Notes: generated by a model from the letters alone, not told the origin. A stretch of DNA of 63,045 nt, filler included, from Olpidium bornovanus S191 (GCA_017911155.1; 28 parts of 28 records of this genome joined end to end with filler, not necessarily neighbours in it); one strand, 5' to 3'; positions 20,203-33,679 are shown, counted from the first letter of the whole stretch. Translations and numbers: made by a program.

Positions 20203-22700
20203 CATGACGATGGTGCCTGGCGGGAAGTCGACGAGCTGGTGGCTGCCGTCCAACCGTTCCTTGGAATTCTCACGGTAGCGTGCGGTGCGTTGGGCGGCGG
20301 TCGGTGTGGAAGAATTTCCAGGCGCGATGGCGGAGCGGGCGAGAAAGGAGAGGGCCGTGCGGGTAGGGGCCGAGAGGGGGACGCGTCGAGAAGGAGGGAG
20401 GGGTCCGAAATATCGACTCATTTCGCCGCGGGACCGAGTTGCGGAGAAGAAATAAGACGCCTGGACAACGACGCGTGGCGCGTGGGTGAAAAAAAGGCAG
20501 TATTGAGGGCCGCCGCCGACTGATATATAGAAACCCCGAGCGAAAGAGAGCAGAAAAGAGCGAGTGCACTTAGCCTCCACTGTCCCCCGAGCGAGGACAC
20601 GTCGGTCCAAGTTGTTTTTTAGGCCACGAGGAGAGATAGAAGAATAGAAGACGAGAACGAACGGAACGGAACCGGCAGATCGCCCGGGGAGTCCGAGAGA
20701 GCACGAGAGAGAGAGAGAGAGCCAGCGGGTTTTTTTTTCTCCCTCCCCGGTCATTCGCGTTTACCTTTTTCGCCTTAGAGAAGCCCTGGGGCTTAACGAC
20801 TGACTCCGCTTTCCGATTAAAGTACAAAACTGGTACAACATCGGCCAGATTACCTCGTTGAGTAGACGGAAGCGCTCACTGATATCGGTCAGCGACATGA
20901 GGTCGGCCCGCTTGGTTTGCGCCGGGTCAGCGTCCGGGAGAGTGGGGGCCCGACCGAACACGAGGGCAAAGGTGGTCGAGCCGGTTGCCAGAAGCACACG
21001 GGTGTTGAGGAGATACTGAACATGTTGTTGGTGGTGTGGTTCCGGCCAAGGTTTCTTGGGTTTATTAGAGGAGGGGGGCGCCAGGGGTTTTACGTACTTG
21101 GCCCCCCCTCGATTAGGGGACCGCTCAATGGGGAGAAGCGGGCTGTACATCGAGGCCAACTGAGGGACACCGAGGTCCAGCGAGGGGTATTGAGATCGAG
21201 CGAGGGGCCTCGAGGTCGAGCGAAAGGCCTCGAGGTCGAGCGAAAGGCATCGAGGTCGAGCGAGAGGCATCGAGGTCGAATGGTACATCGATGGAAGGCG
21301 GTGCGTTGAGGGGAAAAATGCCCTCAGGGACCAGGGTGCGAGTTGTCTCTTCGACCACACTGATGACCATTGCGGCCGGCGCAACATCGTAGGTAGAGGC
21401 GACCGGGTCCGCAGGCGGAACTGGAGGGTAAATCCGAGACAGGTGATCAGGAAGAATGTTGAGGATTCCGTGGAGGTGGACCACGGGTGAATGTGAAGGA
21501 CAAGAGCGTCTCGAGCCAGTTGGCAGAGAGGATTTTCGAGCTTCGCGCTCTGCTGATTGAGATACTGGAGTGCGCTGCGGTCGGTAAACACAGCGAAGGA
21601 TTTGGCCGAACAAGTGGTGACGAAATTTGTTCAGGGCAAAGATGATAGATCAACAACAGCTCACGCTTGGTAGCGGAATAGGACTTCTCGGCCCTGTTGA
21701 GTGCCCGGGAGGCGAAGGCCGTGAAGTGTTGCCAGCCGGCGTCATCACGTTGGAAGAGGACGGCGCCAATTTCCAGCGTGGAGGCGTCGGTCCCTACGGC
21801 AAAAGGGCGGCCGGGGGACAGGGACCTCGAGAACGGGGGCCTGGCTAAGGGCCTGGAGAACGGCCTGCCACGATTGCTGGTGGCTGGCCGCCCAGAGCGG
21901 CGGGAGGTCACGGACTTTCTTCAGAGGCTCCAGGACTGAGGCCAGCCGAGCGTAGAGCGGGATGTGCTAGCGGAAGAAATTGAAGAGTCCCAGGAAGTGG
22001 GCGAGTTGGTCACCCGTGGTCGGGGCAGGCCAGGAGAGGAAATTGCGTAACTTCCGGTGGTCAATACCGACGCCGCCGACGCCGGCGATGAAGCCGAGAC
22101 CGTAGACATGCTGCACGGCGAGGGCCAACTGATGATGTTGTTGCGCGCGCAGGCAGCAGTGACTGCCGCGCAATCACCCGCATGGCGGGAGAACTCGGAT
22201 GAGCCAACAAAGACATCATCATCAACGTAGGGGTGAAGTTGACGCGGGCGAGGCCCGTGATGGACGTGAGCTGCGCGGTTGCGAGCGTGACAGGGCCTCA
22301 AGGCTCCATTCCGCAGCCGTTTCAGGCGAGACAAAGAGGTGACTGGAGCAGTTATCGACCTGCGCGATGACCGGGTGGTCCCTCAACAGGCATGGGAACC
22401 CGGAGCGGGAGGTGGTGCAGGCGCAAGGCTCAACGCCATCCCAGACAGATTGTCGACGTGGCCGCGGCTGGGCTCCGCCACGTCGATGGACGCTTTGGCC
22501 GCGGTGACGCCCAGCGGGAGTTGCTCCGGCCATGAGGCGGGAAGTCGGAGTTCCTGGAGTCCCTGGACTCGCTGTGGGCGCCGTCCATGGTGGTGCCCGG
22601 AGTTGGGGGCCCTTCCTCTCTCGGCAGGCGCGTAGTAGGCACGCGCCTCGTCTTCAGGTGCCCGAAGAGCTCCCTGCATGCCGTATGCGTGCCGCCGTCG
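20203..22700 (-). mobile_element. Degenerate Ty3/Gypsy pol remnants (RT, RNase H, integrase C-terminal pieces)
   Basis: 'YVDDDVFVGS', 'LGFIAGVGGVGID..FLGLFNFFR*HIP', 'GTDASTLEIGAVLFQ..AFASRALNRAEKSYSATKRELL', 'FTDRSALQYL', 'NILPDHLSR', 'NTRVLLATGSTTFALVFGRAP', 'LVDFPPGTIVM'. Multiple frameshifts and stops. Confidence 0.9.
21171..21280. repeat. 20-bp degenerate tandem repeat, about 5.5 copies, inside the Gypsy remnant
   Basis: Unit CGAGGTCGAGCGA(A/G)AGGC(C/A)T with a 20-nt period from 21171 to 21280. Confidence 0.9.
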
Positions 22701-22941
22701 CCCTTCGTCTAGCACTGCGCTCGCGCCGAGGCCGCTTGGCCCCTTCCATGGTTCCGCCGAGGACGGGGAAGAGACGGTTCTCTACTTTGGGTTTTACGGG
22801 GAGTCGGCGGTTTTGGCCCGTGGTCCCCCCCCCCCCCCTTTTATTTTTGTTTTGGTTTTCGCGCGGGAAGCACGGGAGGCGCCAAAAAAAAGGGGGGGAG
22901 ACACGAGTGGGGTCGTACGGAGAACGTTTTCTGTTGTTCGT

Positions 22942-22978
<37 letters not shown>

Positions 22979-23109
22979 GGGGTTTTTTTTTTTTTTTTTT
23001 TTGGAGACCNNNNNNNNNNNNNNNNNNNNNNNNNNNNNNNNNNNNNNNNNNNNTTAATTAATTAANNNNNNNNNNNNNNNNNNNNNNNNNNNNNNNNNNN
23101 NNNNNNNNN

Positions 23110-23849
23110 CCGCCTATCGCGAAAGGTTGCCGATGTAAAGAGCCGCCCAGGGGAACGCTGTAGACGGACCCGCCGTCGAACTTGTCCCACCCGGCGGCGA
23201 TGATCCCGGCGGAAAGCTTGTCCTTATTCGCGTAACAGAGCTCCTGGAACAGGGACGCCGCGACGCGCACCGTGGGGAGCTCTTCGTGCTGGACGCTGCC
23301 ACCGGGATTTTAGAGATTACGACGCGGCAACGAAAAAAAGAAAAAAAAAAGATTTGCGGCGAACCGCGGCCGCGGGTCAGGTTTTTTTTTTAAAAAAAAA
23401 CGCTGAATCCGTGTTTGGATCAAAACGTGTAAATCCCCACGTGTGCATCTGCAGGTGATACTTGACGATGTCGGCCACGGCCTGAGTGTCCGCGGCGGAT
23501 CCGGACCGGCAGCAGAAGATGCGATCATGGACGGGCGTCAGTTTATCCGTGACCCTGTTGGCGATGTACGAGCCCGTCGTGGTCCTCGAGTCGGCGCCGA
23601 TGACGACGCCGCCGCGGAACTCGACGGCCATGATGGTCGTCTAGCGGCCCGCGCACGAGGACAAAGATGAGATTTGTGGGGGGGGGGGAAGGGGGAGGAC
23701 GGGTCAACGACGATGTCAGCAGCAACCGCGGAGATCCCCCCACCAGCGAAAGGCGCCGGGACGCGTGCAACCGGGAGGGGGTGATTGGCGGTGTGATCCG
23801 TGCGCGCGCGACGTTCTCCGCGGCTACAACGCGTTGCTCGGGCCCTTTT

Positions 23850-23886
<37 letters not shown>

Positions 23887-24030
23887 CTTTGCCCCGGCGG
23901 CGAGTTGGGGTCCGTTCACGGCGGGGACTTCCGAAAACGAGAAATAAAGAAAACCCCGAGAGACAAAAAAAAAAAAAAAAAAAAACGGGGCGGGCGGTGC
24001 CCCCCGCGAACGTTTCGCAGTCTCTCCCTG

Positions 24031-24065
<35 letters not shown>

Positions 24066-24255
24066 TCTTTCTCTTCGTCCCCTCCGTCCGAGATTGTGGT
24101 ATCTGCCGTCTCTCCGTCTCGGGCCTCTCCGGCGCCCGTCTCCTCCCCGCCTCGCATCTGCATCCTTCCCGCGTCCCCCTTTATTTTCCCGCCCCAAGGG
24201 GTCTCACCCCGAGGGAAACCTCTCCCGGCTTCATGTTCGGATACGGCGCCGGCAT
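23110..24255 (-). CDS. PRE3: 20S proteasome subunit beta1 (PSMB6 ortholog); 3'-partial, spliced
   Basis: Exons 24255-24208 ([16 protein letters not shown]), 23640-23441 ([50 protein letters not shown]) and 23295-23110 (..[28 protein letters not shown]). An in-frame upstream ATG exists at 24444. Confidence 0.97.
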
Positions 24256-24275
24256 TTCTGTTCCCTCGTCGTCGC

Positions 24276-24350
24276 GGCCGTGGCCGTGGCCGTGGCCGTG
24301 GCGGTGGTGACGGTGGTGGCGGTGGTGGCGGTGGTGGCGGTGGTGGTGGC
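24276..24350. repeat. GC-rich short-unit repeats (GGCCGT)n and (GGTGGTGGC)n
   Basis: Directly visible. On the minus strand it reads HHHRHHRHHRHHRHHRHGHGHGHG in frame with the PRE3 propeptide. Confidence 0.9.
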
Positions 24351-24482
24351 CGTCGCAGTCCTCGTCCCTGGTTCTCGCGTGGCCCGCGCGCCCCGCGCCT
24401 TTTTCCGGCGCGGCGGTTTCCGGTAAAATTATGCGTGCGGGCATGTTTCCAATAATCCCCGCGGCGGCGGTCGAACTCTTCC

Positions 24483-24522
<40 letters not shown>

Positions 24523-24735
24523 GGGGGGGCCAGATTTTCGGGGGGGGGGGGGGTTTGGTGGGCGCGTCTCCGGACGATCACGTGACAGGGGCGCCCCGGG
24601 CGGAGACTTCCCGCACACTCCCCTGCTCGGCTTTTCTGGTACTCCCCCTCTCTTCCCCTCCCCTTCCCCTCCCCAAACGCGGGGGGGGGGGGGGGGCAGC
24701 AGCGGAAAAAGACCACGGCGGGGGGGGGGGGGAAG

Positions 24736-24780
<45 letters not shown>

Positions 24781-25335
24781 AGAGAGAAAGAAAAGAGCGA
24801 GTTGTCGAAAGCATATCTTTTACGCATCTCCCACGCGGATGGGAATGGAAGACGACGTGAGAAACAAAGTGAAAAAAACCAGCCTTTTTTGCCTTTTCTT
24901 TTTTTTGTTGTGATGATAAAGGCGACTCGCGGCGGACCGCGAACCGCGGGAACGGGAAAGGAAGCGGGGGGGGGGGGGGGGGGGGGTTCGACTGATCAAA
25001 ACGAAAACATTTTCAAAGAGGGAGAAAGCGTTACGTTATTATTTTGGTATCTCTTTTTTTTTCGAAAGACCCTAGACTAACGGTTTTCGGATTGATTTTT
25101 AAGCCAAAAAAGGGGAGAAGGAACACTACCTTCCCCCCAACCCGAACCATTTTTGCCTTAGCGCCCTCGACCGTGCAGAGAGAGAGAGAGGGACAGAGCG
25201 AGAGCGAAGGGGAGAGAAGGTGTGCACTTGGAAAAACGACGCGCTGGCGGGGAACCAGCCCCGCGGCGCGACGGATCAGCTCCGCTCCCTCCGCCCGCCT
25301 TCCCCCATTCCCCTCACACCTTCTCACTTCCACTT

Positions 25336-27209
25336 TCAGTCGAAGCCCAGCGGGTACTCGATGACCATCCCCGCGTCGACAGGTATCTGCTGGCCGTTGT
25401 CGTTCTCGAACGTGATGACGTACGTCGGCGGCTTTTGCCGGTACTTGGACGGCGGCGACACGACCTCGCCCTTGTACAGGCAGCTCGTGCCCGGGTATAG
25501 ACCCAGAACCGCCGAGGCCGGCGGGAACTCGGGCCAAGCCGCGGCCGAGCCCGCCGGTGGGGGCAGCGCCAGGACGTTGCGCGGGATGAGCTCGTACGTC
25601 CTGAAATCCGGACGTCAGTTCCACAAAAAAAAAAAAAAAAAAAAAAACGGGGCTTCCGCGCGGAGACCGGGTGTTCCACGCGTCTCGCGTCGCAAGGCGG
25701 AAAAAAAAATAATACAAAAGGACATACAATCGCTTTCCCTCTTCGTCCGGCTCGTCGTCTTGAACAGTGTACCTATGACCGGGGTTAGGCAGATCCACCG
25801 TCACACAATCATAAGAAACAGGGGACTCGGGAAAAACAGGGTGCGCGATGGGGTTGGGCGCTGTTGGTCGATATAGAAAAAGCGACCGGAAGAGGGACGG
25901 GCAGACGACTCAAGTTCCATACGTACTTCTGGTTTTCCGAGTCGTAGCTGAGCACCCGCGCAAGGATCCACTCTTCGCCGTTTTGGGTGTTGCACAACGC
26001 TGCCACCTAGGGTGAAGTGAGTGCGTGTGTGCGTGTGTGCGTGTGAGTTCACCGCCAGCAAATGCGAGCGTTCGGACGGTGCAACAGAGACGACGCAGCG
26101 CAGGGACGAAGAAGCTCCGTTTTTCGGCCTCACGAGAAAACAAAAAAAAAAAAAAGTTTGCTCCACCGCGAGGACCTACCGCCTGATCCGGCTTGAACGA
26201 CTTGGCGGCATCCGCCTTAGACATGCTGGTTCAACACGTCGCGCGAGTGATTACAGGAGCGAAAGTCGACACGAAGGGGGAGGGGGGGGGGGGGGAAGGG
26301 GGGCGATCCCGAAGTCAAAAATTACTGCTGAAACCGCGGATAATAAAAAGAAATGACGGCGGTTGACGAGAGAGAGCACTCCGATTTCGGAGTACCGGCC
26401 GGGAAAGCTGCGCGCGCACCTTCTGGGCTTTTTGATTACGATGGGAGCAATCTTCTCTTCGTCTTCGCGCCTTCTCTTCTTTTGCACTTCGGGGGATTGA
26501 CTCGTCGAATCTTCCGAAACGCGCGTCCCCCGAGCAAGTTTGGCGCCGACGCGCACGGGGGAAATAAAAATGGATCGGGATTTTTGGTACCGAAAATAAC
26601 CCTCCCGCCGCTGCGCTGCGACAGATCGAGAGCCCGGCGGAAACCTCCCCTTCCCCTCTTCGCACGCGTACGGCACAAGCGAAACAGCGCGCTTACCGAC
26701 AGGGCTGCCGGTGCCTGCCTTCCGCCGCTCGATCAGTGCATTGAGGTCCTTCACCATGGCCGTGATCGTCCTTCAGAGCGGGGGTTTTTTTTTCGTGGAC
26801 AAAAAGAGGGTGGTAACGATGAGCATCGCCACCCGCCTTTCTTGGCTGCCCCGCTCGGGGCGGTAAAGAAAAAAAAAATCTTCGGCCTGCTCTTGGCGCC
26901 GCACGCTCCACCCGACGGCATTTCCGTAACCGCCGAGCCAAGAAGCGCGATTTTGTGTCCGCCGACTTGCAGGAGAGAAAAAAAAAAAAAAAAAAAAAGG
27001 GGGGGGGGGGGGGGGGGGGAAGCCGTCCCCGCGGACCTCCGCTGCCAAATAAAGTGCGTTTGTCCGCACCTCTCTTCTTCGACGCACTTTTCCAGCGCTT
27101 CCTTGTAAAGCTCCGACAGCGACTCCGCCTTTGACGGGGGGACGCCGCGCCCGCGCGTGTCTGGTCCTCCGGCGTGAGCGCGCAAAACACGTTCCGGCAG
27201 TAACGATCC
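25336..27209 (-). CDS. SGF29: SAGA-associated factor 29 (tandem Tudor, CCDC101); 5'-partial, spliced
   Basis: Exons read 'VAALCNTQNGEEWILARVLSYDSENQK', 'Y(T)VQDDEPDEEGK' and 'ELIPRNVLALP..EFPPASAVLGLYPGTSCLYKGEVVSPP..YVITFENDNG..VIEYPLGFD*', the SGF29_C pattern. Stop at 25336-25338. Confidence 0.88.
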
Positions 27210-28232
27210 CTGGGTTAACGGGGCCCGCCGTCACCGCGCCGCCCGTGGCGGACGCGCACAGCAAAAACCTCCCGGGCGGCAAACAGAAGTTCGGCCAAAA
27301 AAAAGCGCACAGCCGCAATGCCGTCTGCGGGCCACCGGTTTCCCGCCAACCCCCCTTCCCCCCCTCCCCCGCCCCCCCTTCCCCCCCCCCCCCCCCCCCC
27401 CCCCCCCCGCGCCCCCCCCCCCCTCCCCCCCTCCCGGNNNNNNNNNNNNNNNNNNNNNNNNNNNNNNNNNNNNNNNNNNNNTTAATTAATTAANNNNNNN
27501 NNNNNNNNNNNNNNNNNNNNNNNNNNNNNNNNNNNNNCATGATGAGGGAGGCCGCCAGCCCCCCTCCTTTTGGCAAATCTGCGAGGCCTTCGGTTTGACC
27601 AGGGGCTACGTACGTCTCAGCGGCAGACCGTACGTGGTCCAGCTTAGAACCGCGAGGGGGTTGGCCTCTGGGCCGCGCCGCCGGCGAAGACGAGATTCAA
27701 AGGCTCGCCGCGGCCGACAGCAGCCCCTCGAATGCTGGCGCCATTCGGTATTCCCTGCCTGGAGGGAGCCGCACAGCACGCGTGAGCGGGACCCCAGGGG
27801 GATCGATGCGTCGTGGCCTGTCTGGCACATTTGAAAACCGCCAAAACGCAAGTCCCCGGGAACAACGTGGAACACATACAGGGTTGCAATGTCCTGGGAC
27901 ACAGCCGCGGAAAGAAAGCCCGTCGTCTCCGCGCAGAGGGGGGAAAGGCGGCGGGGAGGGGATCTGGTGGGGAGACGATGGAGCTCAGTTGATGAGCGGG
28001 TTCGTGTGTGCATTCCCTCACTCGGCGAATTCCTTCCCCGAAATCTTTTGCCCCCAAACCCTCTCTCCCTTCGGCCGTCAGCATCTTCGAAGCCGAAAAA
28101 AAAAAAAAAAAAAATCTCGGCTGTTGGGGGGCCACGCAGCCCCCCGCCACCCACCCGCCGACCTGCTATTCCCCTCTCAGAGAACCCAGGTTTCCGACCG
28201 TCGGCGGCGAACTCGGCAAGCGCTTTGGAGCC

Positions 28233-30733
28233 ATGGTACGGGCGCCAGGGACGGGCGCGCGAGATCTCCGGCCCCGCAAGCTTCTCACCCCCCACGCCGG
28301 GCGGCCCCGTGGAGAGAGCCCTGCCCCGACGGAGAGAGGTCTTTGCGCACCCCGCAGAGCTGGCTTTTCCGCTCGGTCGCGGCCCTGGACACACACACAC
28401 ACACCATCGGCCATTTGGCTGCGAGCGCAGCTCCCCGAACAAAAGGCACCCGCGCTTGACGGAAGGAAACGGCCTTTTGGCGGCCGGGGACTCTCATGCC
28501 GAGGCTTCCCCCTCTTTTTTTGTTTTTCCTTTGACCGTGCCCGGTGCGGTCAACCGCGCTCATGCGGTAACTCACCAGCGTTCGGTTTTGCCCGTTCGCC
28601 CGCCAAAAAAAAAGGCCTTCCTCCGGTTGAAAGACCTCATAAAGGCCCTGCGGGCGGCCAAGACCGCCGCGGACGAGCGGGCACTGATACAACGGGAGTC
28701 GGCCAACATCCGCACCGCCTTTAAGGAGGAGAATCACGAGACCCGCCACGCGAACATCGCAAAGCTGCTGTACATTCACATGCTCAGCTACCCGGCCCAC
28801 TTCGGCCAAATCGAGTGCCTCAAACTTGTTGCCAGCAACCGCTTCACAGACAAGAGGCTTGGCTACCTTGGCATCATGCTCCTGCTCGACGAGAACCAGG
28901 AGGTCTTGACGCTGGTGACGAACTCTCTGAAGAAGTACGTTTGCTCCCGGGTTTCCCACGTTTCGGCAGAGACTGCCCGGCGCTAGGGATCGGTCGACCG
29001 GAGGTGGATGTCGATGGTGTCTTGTGTGGAGTTCAGAAGTCGCAAGCGAACATCGAAGATTCTCTGCGCCGATTCCGACATCGCCCTGCTGTCGGATTTC
29101 GATGCCGTGAAACGTGATCGGCAGCCGTCGTCGCCGGTTTTCGTTTGTGTGAACATCCTTGGCTACGGCCGGTTCAGTTGCTATGGGATAGTCAACAGAG
29201 AGGGGTCATCGCACGCCAATGAAGGCGACTCTCACCTCCGGAGAGTTCGCAACTGTGCTCATAATCGACCGTGAAGCGGCTCATTCTCACCTTTGAGCTG
29301 CACATTATTTCGGCCTGAATTGAATAACCAGCGACATGAACCACAGCAACATGTATGTTGTCGGACTTGCATTGTGCACGCTGGGCAACATATCGTCTCC
29401 GGAGATGGCGCGGGACTTGTGGAGCGAGGTGGAAAAACTGCTGGGAAGCTCCAACACCTACATTCGGAAGAAGGTCTGTGCTTTTGATATTGCACTCGTC
29501 AAAGGTTCTCCGATGTATGCCGCACGGAACCGGTGCAACAAGCTCCCTAACATATTCAATGCGCACGATCCATTTTGACTGTGGAAATCGACCACCGATT
29601 CATACTTTCGCCTGCTGGATTCATATCCCCCACTCCGTCGGGCTGACCAAGGCGGCGCTGTGCGCCATTCGTGTTGTTCGAAAAATTCCGGAAATTCACG
29701 AGAGCTTCGTCACGAAGGTCGTCTTCCTCCTGAGCGACCGGAACCACGGCGTGCTGCTTACGGGGGTGACGCTGATAACCGAGCTTTGCGCGTACTCGCC
29801 CGAGAACCTCCAGCTTTTCCGGAAGGTGAATCCGTCAACCCATCTTGGACGATGGTTGTGCTGAACTTCGCTGATTGTGGTGTTCCGTTCGCCCTGTCGC
29901 CCGGTATAACCGAGTTTTTGACAATTCAATCGGCAAACTGTATGTCGCGCTCAGGCGGTCCCCGCTCTGGTGGCTCATCTCAAGAACCTGAGCTCTGTGG
30001 GTTTCTCCCCGGAGCATGACGTCTCTGGCATTACCGACCCATTTCTGCAGGTCAAAATTCTTCGGCTCCTTCGAATTCTGGGCAAAGGTGACGCGGCGGC
30101 GAGCGACGCCATGAATAATATCCTAGCCCAGGTGGGTGTTGGATTCTTGCCCTTTGCGGAAAACCAGCCTGAGAGACCTACTGGTGGCGGCATTTCCTGT
30201 TAGCTTGGAGATCTGACCGAACCGGGTGTACTCGGACTTCGCGGGCTGCCTGGTCGCGCCTGCAAGGTTGCCACTAACACGGAGTCCACCAAAAACGTCG
30301 GCAACGCGATCTTATACGAGACCGTGCTGACGATCATGGAGATCGAATCCGATTCGGGCCTCCGGGTACTCGCCATCAACATCCTTGGTCGGTTCCTGAG
30401 CAACCGGGACAACAACATCCGGTAAGGCGGCGTTGGCCCGACGTCAGCTGGCTGTTGCGCGCAGATCCTAAGGATTGATGCCGACCACGCTTGTCGTTGT
30501 CCCCCAGTTACGTCGCCTTGATGACCTTGAATAAGACCGTGGCGATCGACACCAATGCCGTCCAACGGCACCGGAACATCATTCTTGATTGCCTGCGCGA
30601 CGCGGACATCTCCATCCGGCGCCGCGCGCTCGATCTCAGCTTCGCGCTCGTAAACGAGTCCAACGTCCGCGTCCTTACCCGCGAGCTGCTCGCTTTCCTC
30701 GAGGTCGCAGACGCGGAGTTCAAGAGCAGCATG
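28233..30733 (+). CDS. APL4: AP-1 adaptor complex gamma subunit (AP1G1); 3'-partial, spliced
   Basis: '[63 protein letters not shown]', '[24 protein letters not shown]', '[16 protein letters not shown]', 'NRDNNIR|YVAL', '[21 protein letters not shown]'. Start inferred as ATG|GTACGG at 28233. Confidence 0.97.
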
Positions 30734-32615
30734 NNNNNNNNNNNNNNNNNNNNNNNNNNNNNNNNNNNNNNNNNNNNTTAATTAATTAANNNNNNNNNNN
30801 NNNNNNNNNNNNNNNNNNNNNNNNNNNNNNNNNCACTTGAATTGTCTTCAAGACTACAATAGAAACAGCCGTGTTTCGCGAAGAAGATTCGACGGTAATC
30901 GAGACGATGGGGCGGTGGCAGAGCCGCGCGCCTCTCGGATTTGGTTGACCATGCCTGTGGAACCAGTTTGGTGTGCGCGTGACATCACGTAACCCTGGTG
31001 TACAAAAAAGAGAACGGCGGAGGGGCGGCTCCTCGCCAGCAATGAAACACCAAAAAAAAAAAAAAAAAAAAAAAAACAAAAAAAAAAGAAGGAAATGTTT
31101 TGCAACGCTACAAAACAGCTCGTCATAGCTGACAGCTCAAGTTCTTTTTTCTCTGCTCTGGCTGCCACATGAGATGGAGCCGGACGTGACTCCCGCTTCG
31201 CGCCCAGCCGCCCAAGTATCTTCACGCACAGTCCCGGCTGCCTCCAAAACAGAACGCCCCGCGACCACGGAATGTGCCTCATGACCACCTTCACGATCAC
31301 CTTCCACACTCGCCGCGAGGCACATGCAGATGGACCCAGTTCACCCGGGCCACAACCCTTCACCCCCCCTCCGACCGGAATTACTGGAGTACTGTGTTGC
31401 TTGAAGAAGTTTAAGATGGCAGGTTTCCACTTGGTGGTCGTTCTGCTTTGCCGCGTCCATTTCAAGCTCTGGGTGCCATGTACGATGCGACAGCCCAAGT
31501 GGCAGACAGCTTATTTTAAATGGCGCACGGACGTCATGCGGACCATTTACACCTGGAATCTTCTGATCAGCTAAAGTATGAAACACTACGCTGGCCCGAA
31601 AATGTTTTTTTTTTTTTTTTTTTTTTTGCCTGTCGGGGTCGACCAAGGAGTTCGAAGCAGCGGAGGGGTGCGCCGTCGCACCACGAAGCCGCATTTCAAG
31701 GAAGCGCTGGCCATCGAGCAAAGAACTCCGGCTCTCTTCGTCGCGTGTTGTTGACCGCGAGGTCGCCTGCCAAGACACCGCTGACCATTCAACTAGAATC
31801 CCCCCCCTCGCCGCCAACCAGCAATCACATCGCCGAACGCCGCATCCGCGAAGGAGGCGGAAATCGAGAACGGTGACGGGAGAAGAGAGGGGGTGGGAGT
31901 GGGGGGCCCGGGGGAAGGGAACGGCTGTGGGCAGACTCGGGAGGCCGCAAGAAAATTCTTTGTCGAACGTGCTCCTTTTCCGGTGCCCGCCACACAGAAA
32001 GAACAGCGAAAAGACTTGCAGCAGATTGGGGATTGAACGGCGCCCACCCTCAATCACCGAAAGGTAATGCTTGTTTTTCGGCATCACGTGGGATTGCTTT
32101 CGTCGTGCGTGCAGTGATCCCGGATTGACGGCCTCGTGTTGGGCGAGTTGTCCGCAGTGCCGGGCTCTGTGACGTTCCTGCGTTTTTGTGCGTTCACGCG
32201 GCTTCGATGCTGCGTTTGACGGTGCGCTCGCTGGCGCGCAACGCACGCACCCGGGACTGGCTCTTTCGATTGGCGTGGGGTTCCCTGGCAGGCGGCGTCC
32301 GCTCCACACAATCAGGCTAAGACAAAACGAAACATCGCCCAGAGAAAGAAAAAAAAAAACCTGCCCGAGAAAGCCGCACCTTTCCTTCAGTCTGGCCAGC
32401 GGTAAAACAGCAGCCAGAAGCGGCAGCGGCAGCGACACTCCGGGGCGGGCGGAGGCGGCAAAATTGGTGGTTTGTGCGGGGGGTTGGGACGAACCCGAGG
32501 CGGCGGCGGCAGAGCCAAGGGGGCGGAGAGGGCTGGTGTCGCGGGGCCGGCGGGGAGCCAACGCGTGTGGGGTTGAGAGAACCACCGCACGCCGCGCCGC
32601 CAACACGCCCCCATA

Positions 32616-33579
32616 ATGACGTGCGTGGAGCATGGCGCGCAGGACGCGCACGCGCTCTCCTTCACGTCAGGAGGCGGCGAGCAGGGAGGAGAAGTTTCTA
32701 CCGACCACCTCCAAGAGCCGGCGGAACGCTACTGTAAGGTCGAGGGGCCGGACGTAGCTGCCGGCGTTCACGCCTCGGGACCATTGAAAGGAGAGAATGG
32801 GAAGCGCGCCCGCGCAGGACAAGCCGTCGACGAGGAAGAGGATGCCGTGAGAAAGCGGGCTCATACCGCAAGCGACAACGACGGCGACGGCACCGAAGTC
32901 GCCGAACGCCGCTGTGCCGGAAAAGGCGGGAAGGGGCCCGAGCAGTGCGGGCGCGAGGGCTCCGTGAGATCCGCCGAAACCTTGGCGACGGGCAACGATG
33001 CCGTTGGTGAGACCCCGCGTTAGCGTTGGGCGGCGGCACCGGCTGATCCGCAGCTGACACAGCTGGGAACTCGGTTTCGATGGCGGACATGGCGTCTTCG
33101 GTGGAAGCAAAAACCACGGCCGCGGATTCAGTAACTGAAGCGTCACCGATTTCCGGCTCGGCGGCCGCGCCCGCGCCCACGCAAACCACAACCGGCTCTT
33201 GCACGCAAGTGAACCTCCCTTTGTGGGTGAAATCCATTCCCGTTTTCAGGACGGTGCCTACAGCAAACGCAGCGCTTTCCGATAAGCAGTGCGCCGCGCT
33301 CGAACGCGCCAAGGCTTATGTCAGGGATGTGCAGCCAACTGTGAGCATCGGCAAAAATTCCTCTTTAGCACTTTTCCTGAAGGCGTGCGCCAGCTCTAAG
33401 TTCCTTTTTTTTTTTTTTTCCTGGCGCGGGCACTCGCGGACATTCTTCCCCAGCTTCTTATAAAAGTTCGAAAGACCGCCCTTACTCGTACTCTGCCTCC
33501 TGTCCCTGGAATTGCAGCTATCCCCGCTAACCCGATTCCAGGTATCATCACCGGCGCCGACCCGAGGGTAGTCAACATG
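32616..33579 (+). CDS. PUF60: PUF60-like poly(U)-binding splicing factor, N-terminal part; partial, spliced
   Basis: Exons 32616-33006, 33054-~33339 and 33454-33579 join in frame. 'LSDKQCAALERAKAYVRDVQ' resembles the PUF60 pre-RRM helix (human LTPEQQEALQKAKKYAMEQ). The RRMs lie beyond the contig end, so the call rests on one motif. Confidence 0.5.
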
Positions 33580-33679
33580 NNNNNNNNNNNNNNNNNNNNN
33601 NNNNNNNNNNNNNNNNNNNNNNNTTAATTAATTAANNNNNNNNNNNNNNNNNNNNNNNNNNNNNNNNNNNNNNNNNNNN

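Noticed and set aside
31270-31590. Degenerate coding-like stretch with two in-frame TAA stops (possible transposase relic)
   Set aside because: No family motif could be recognised, so it cannot be assigned without a profile search.
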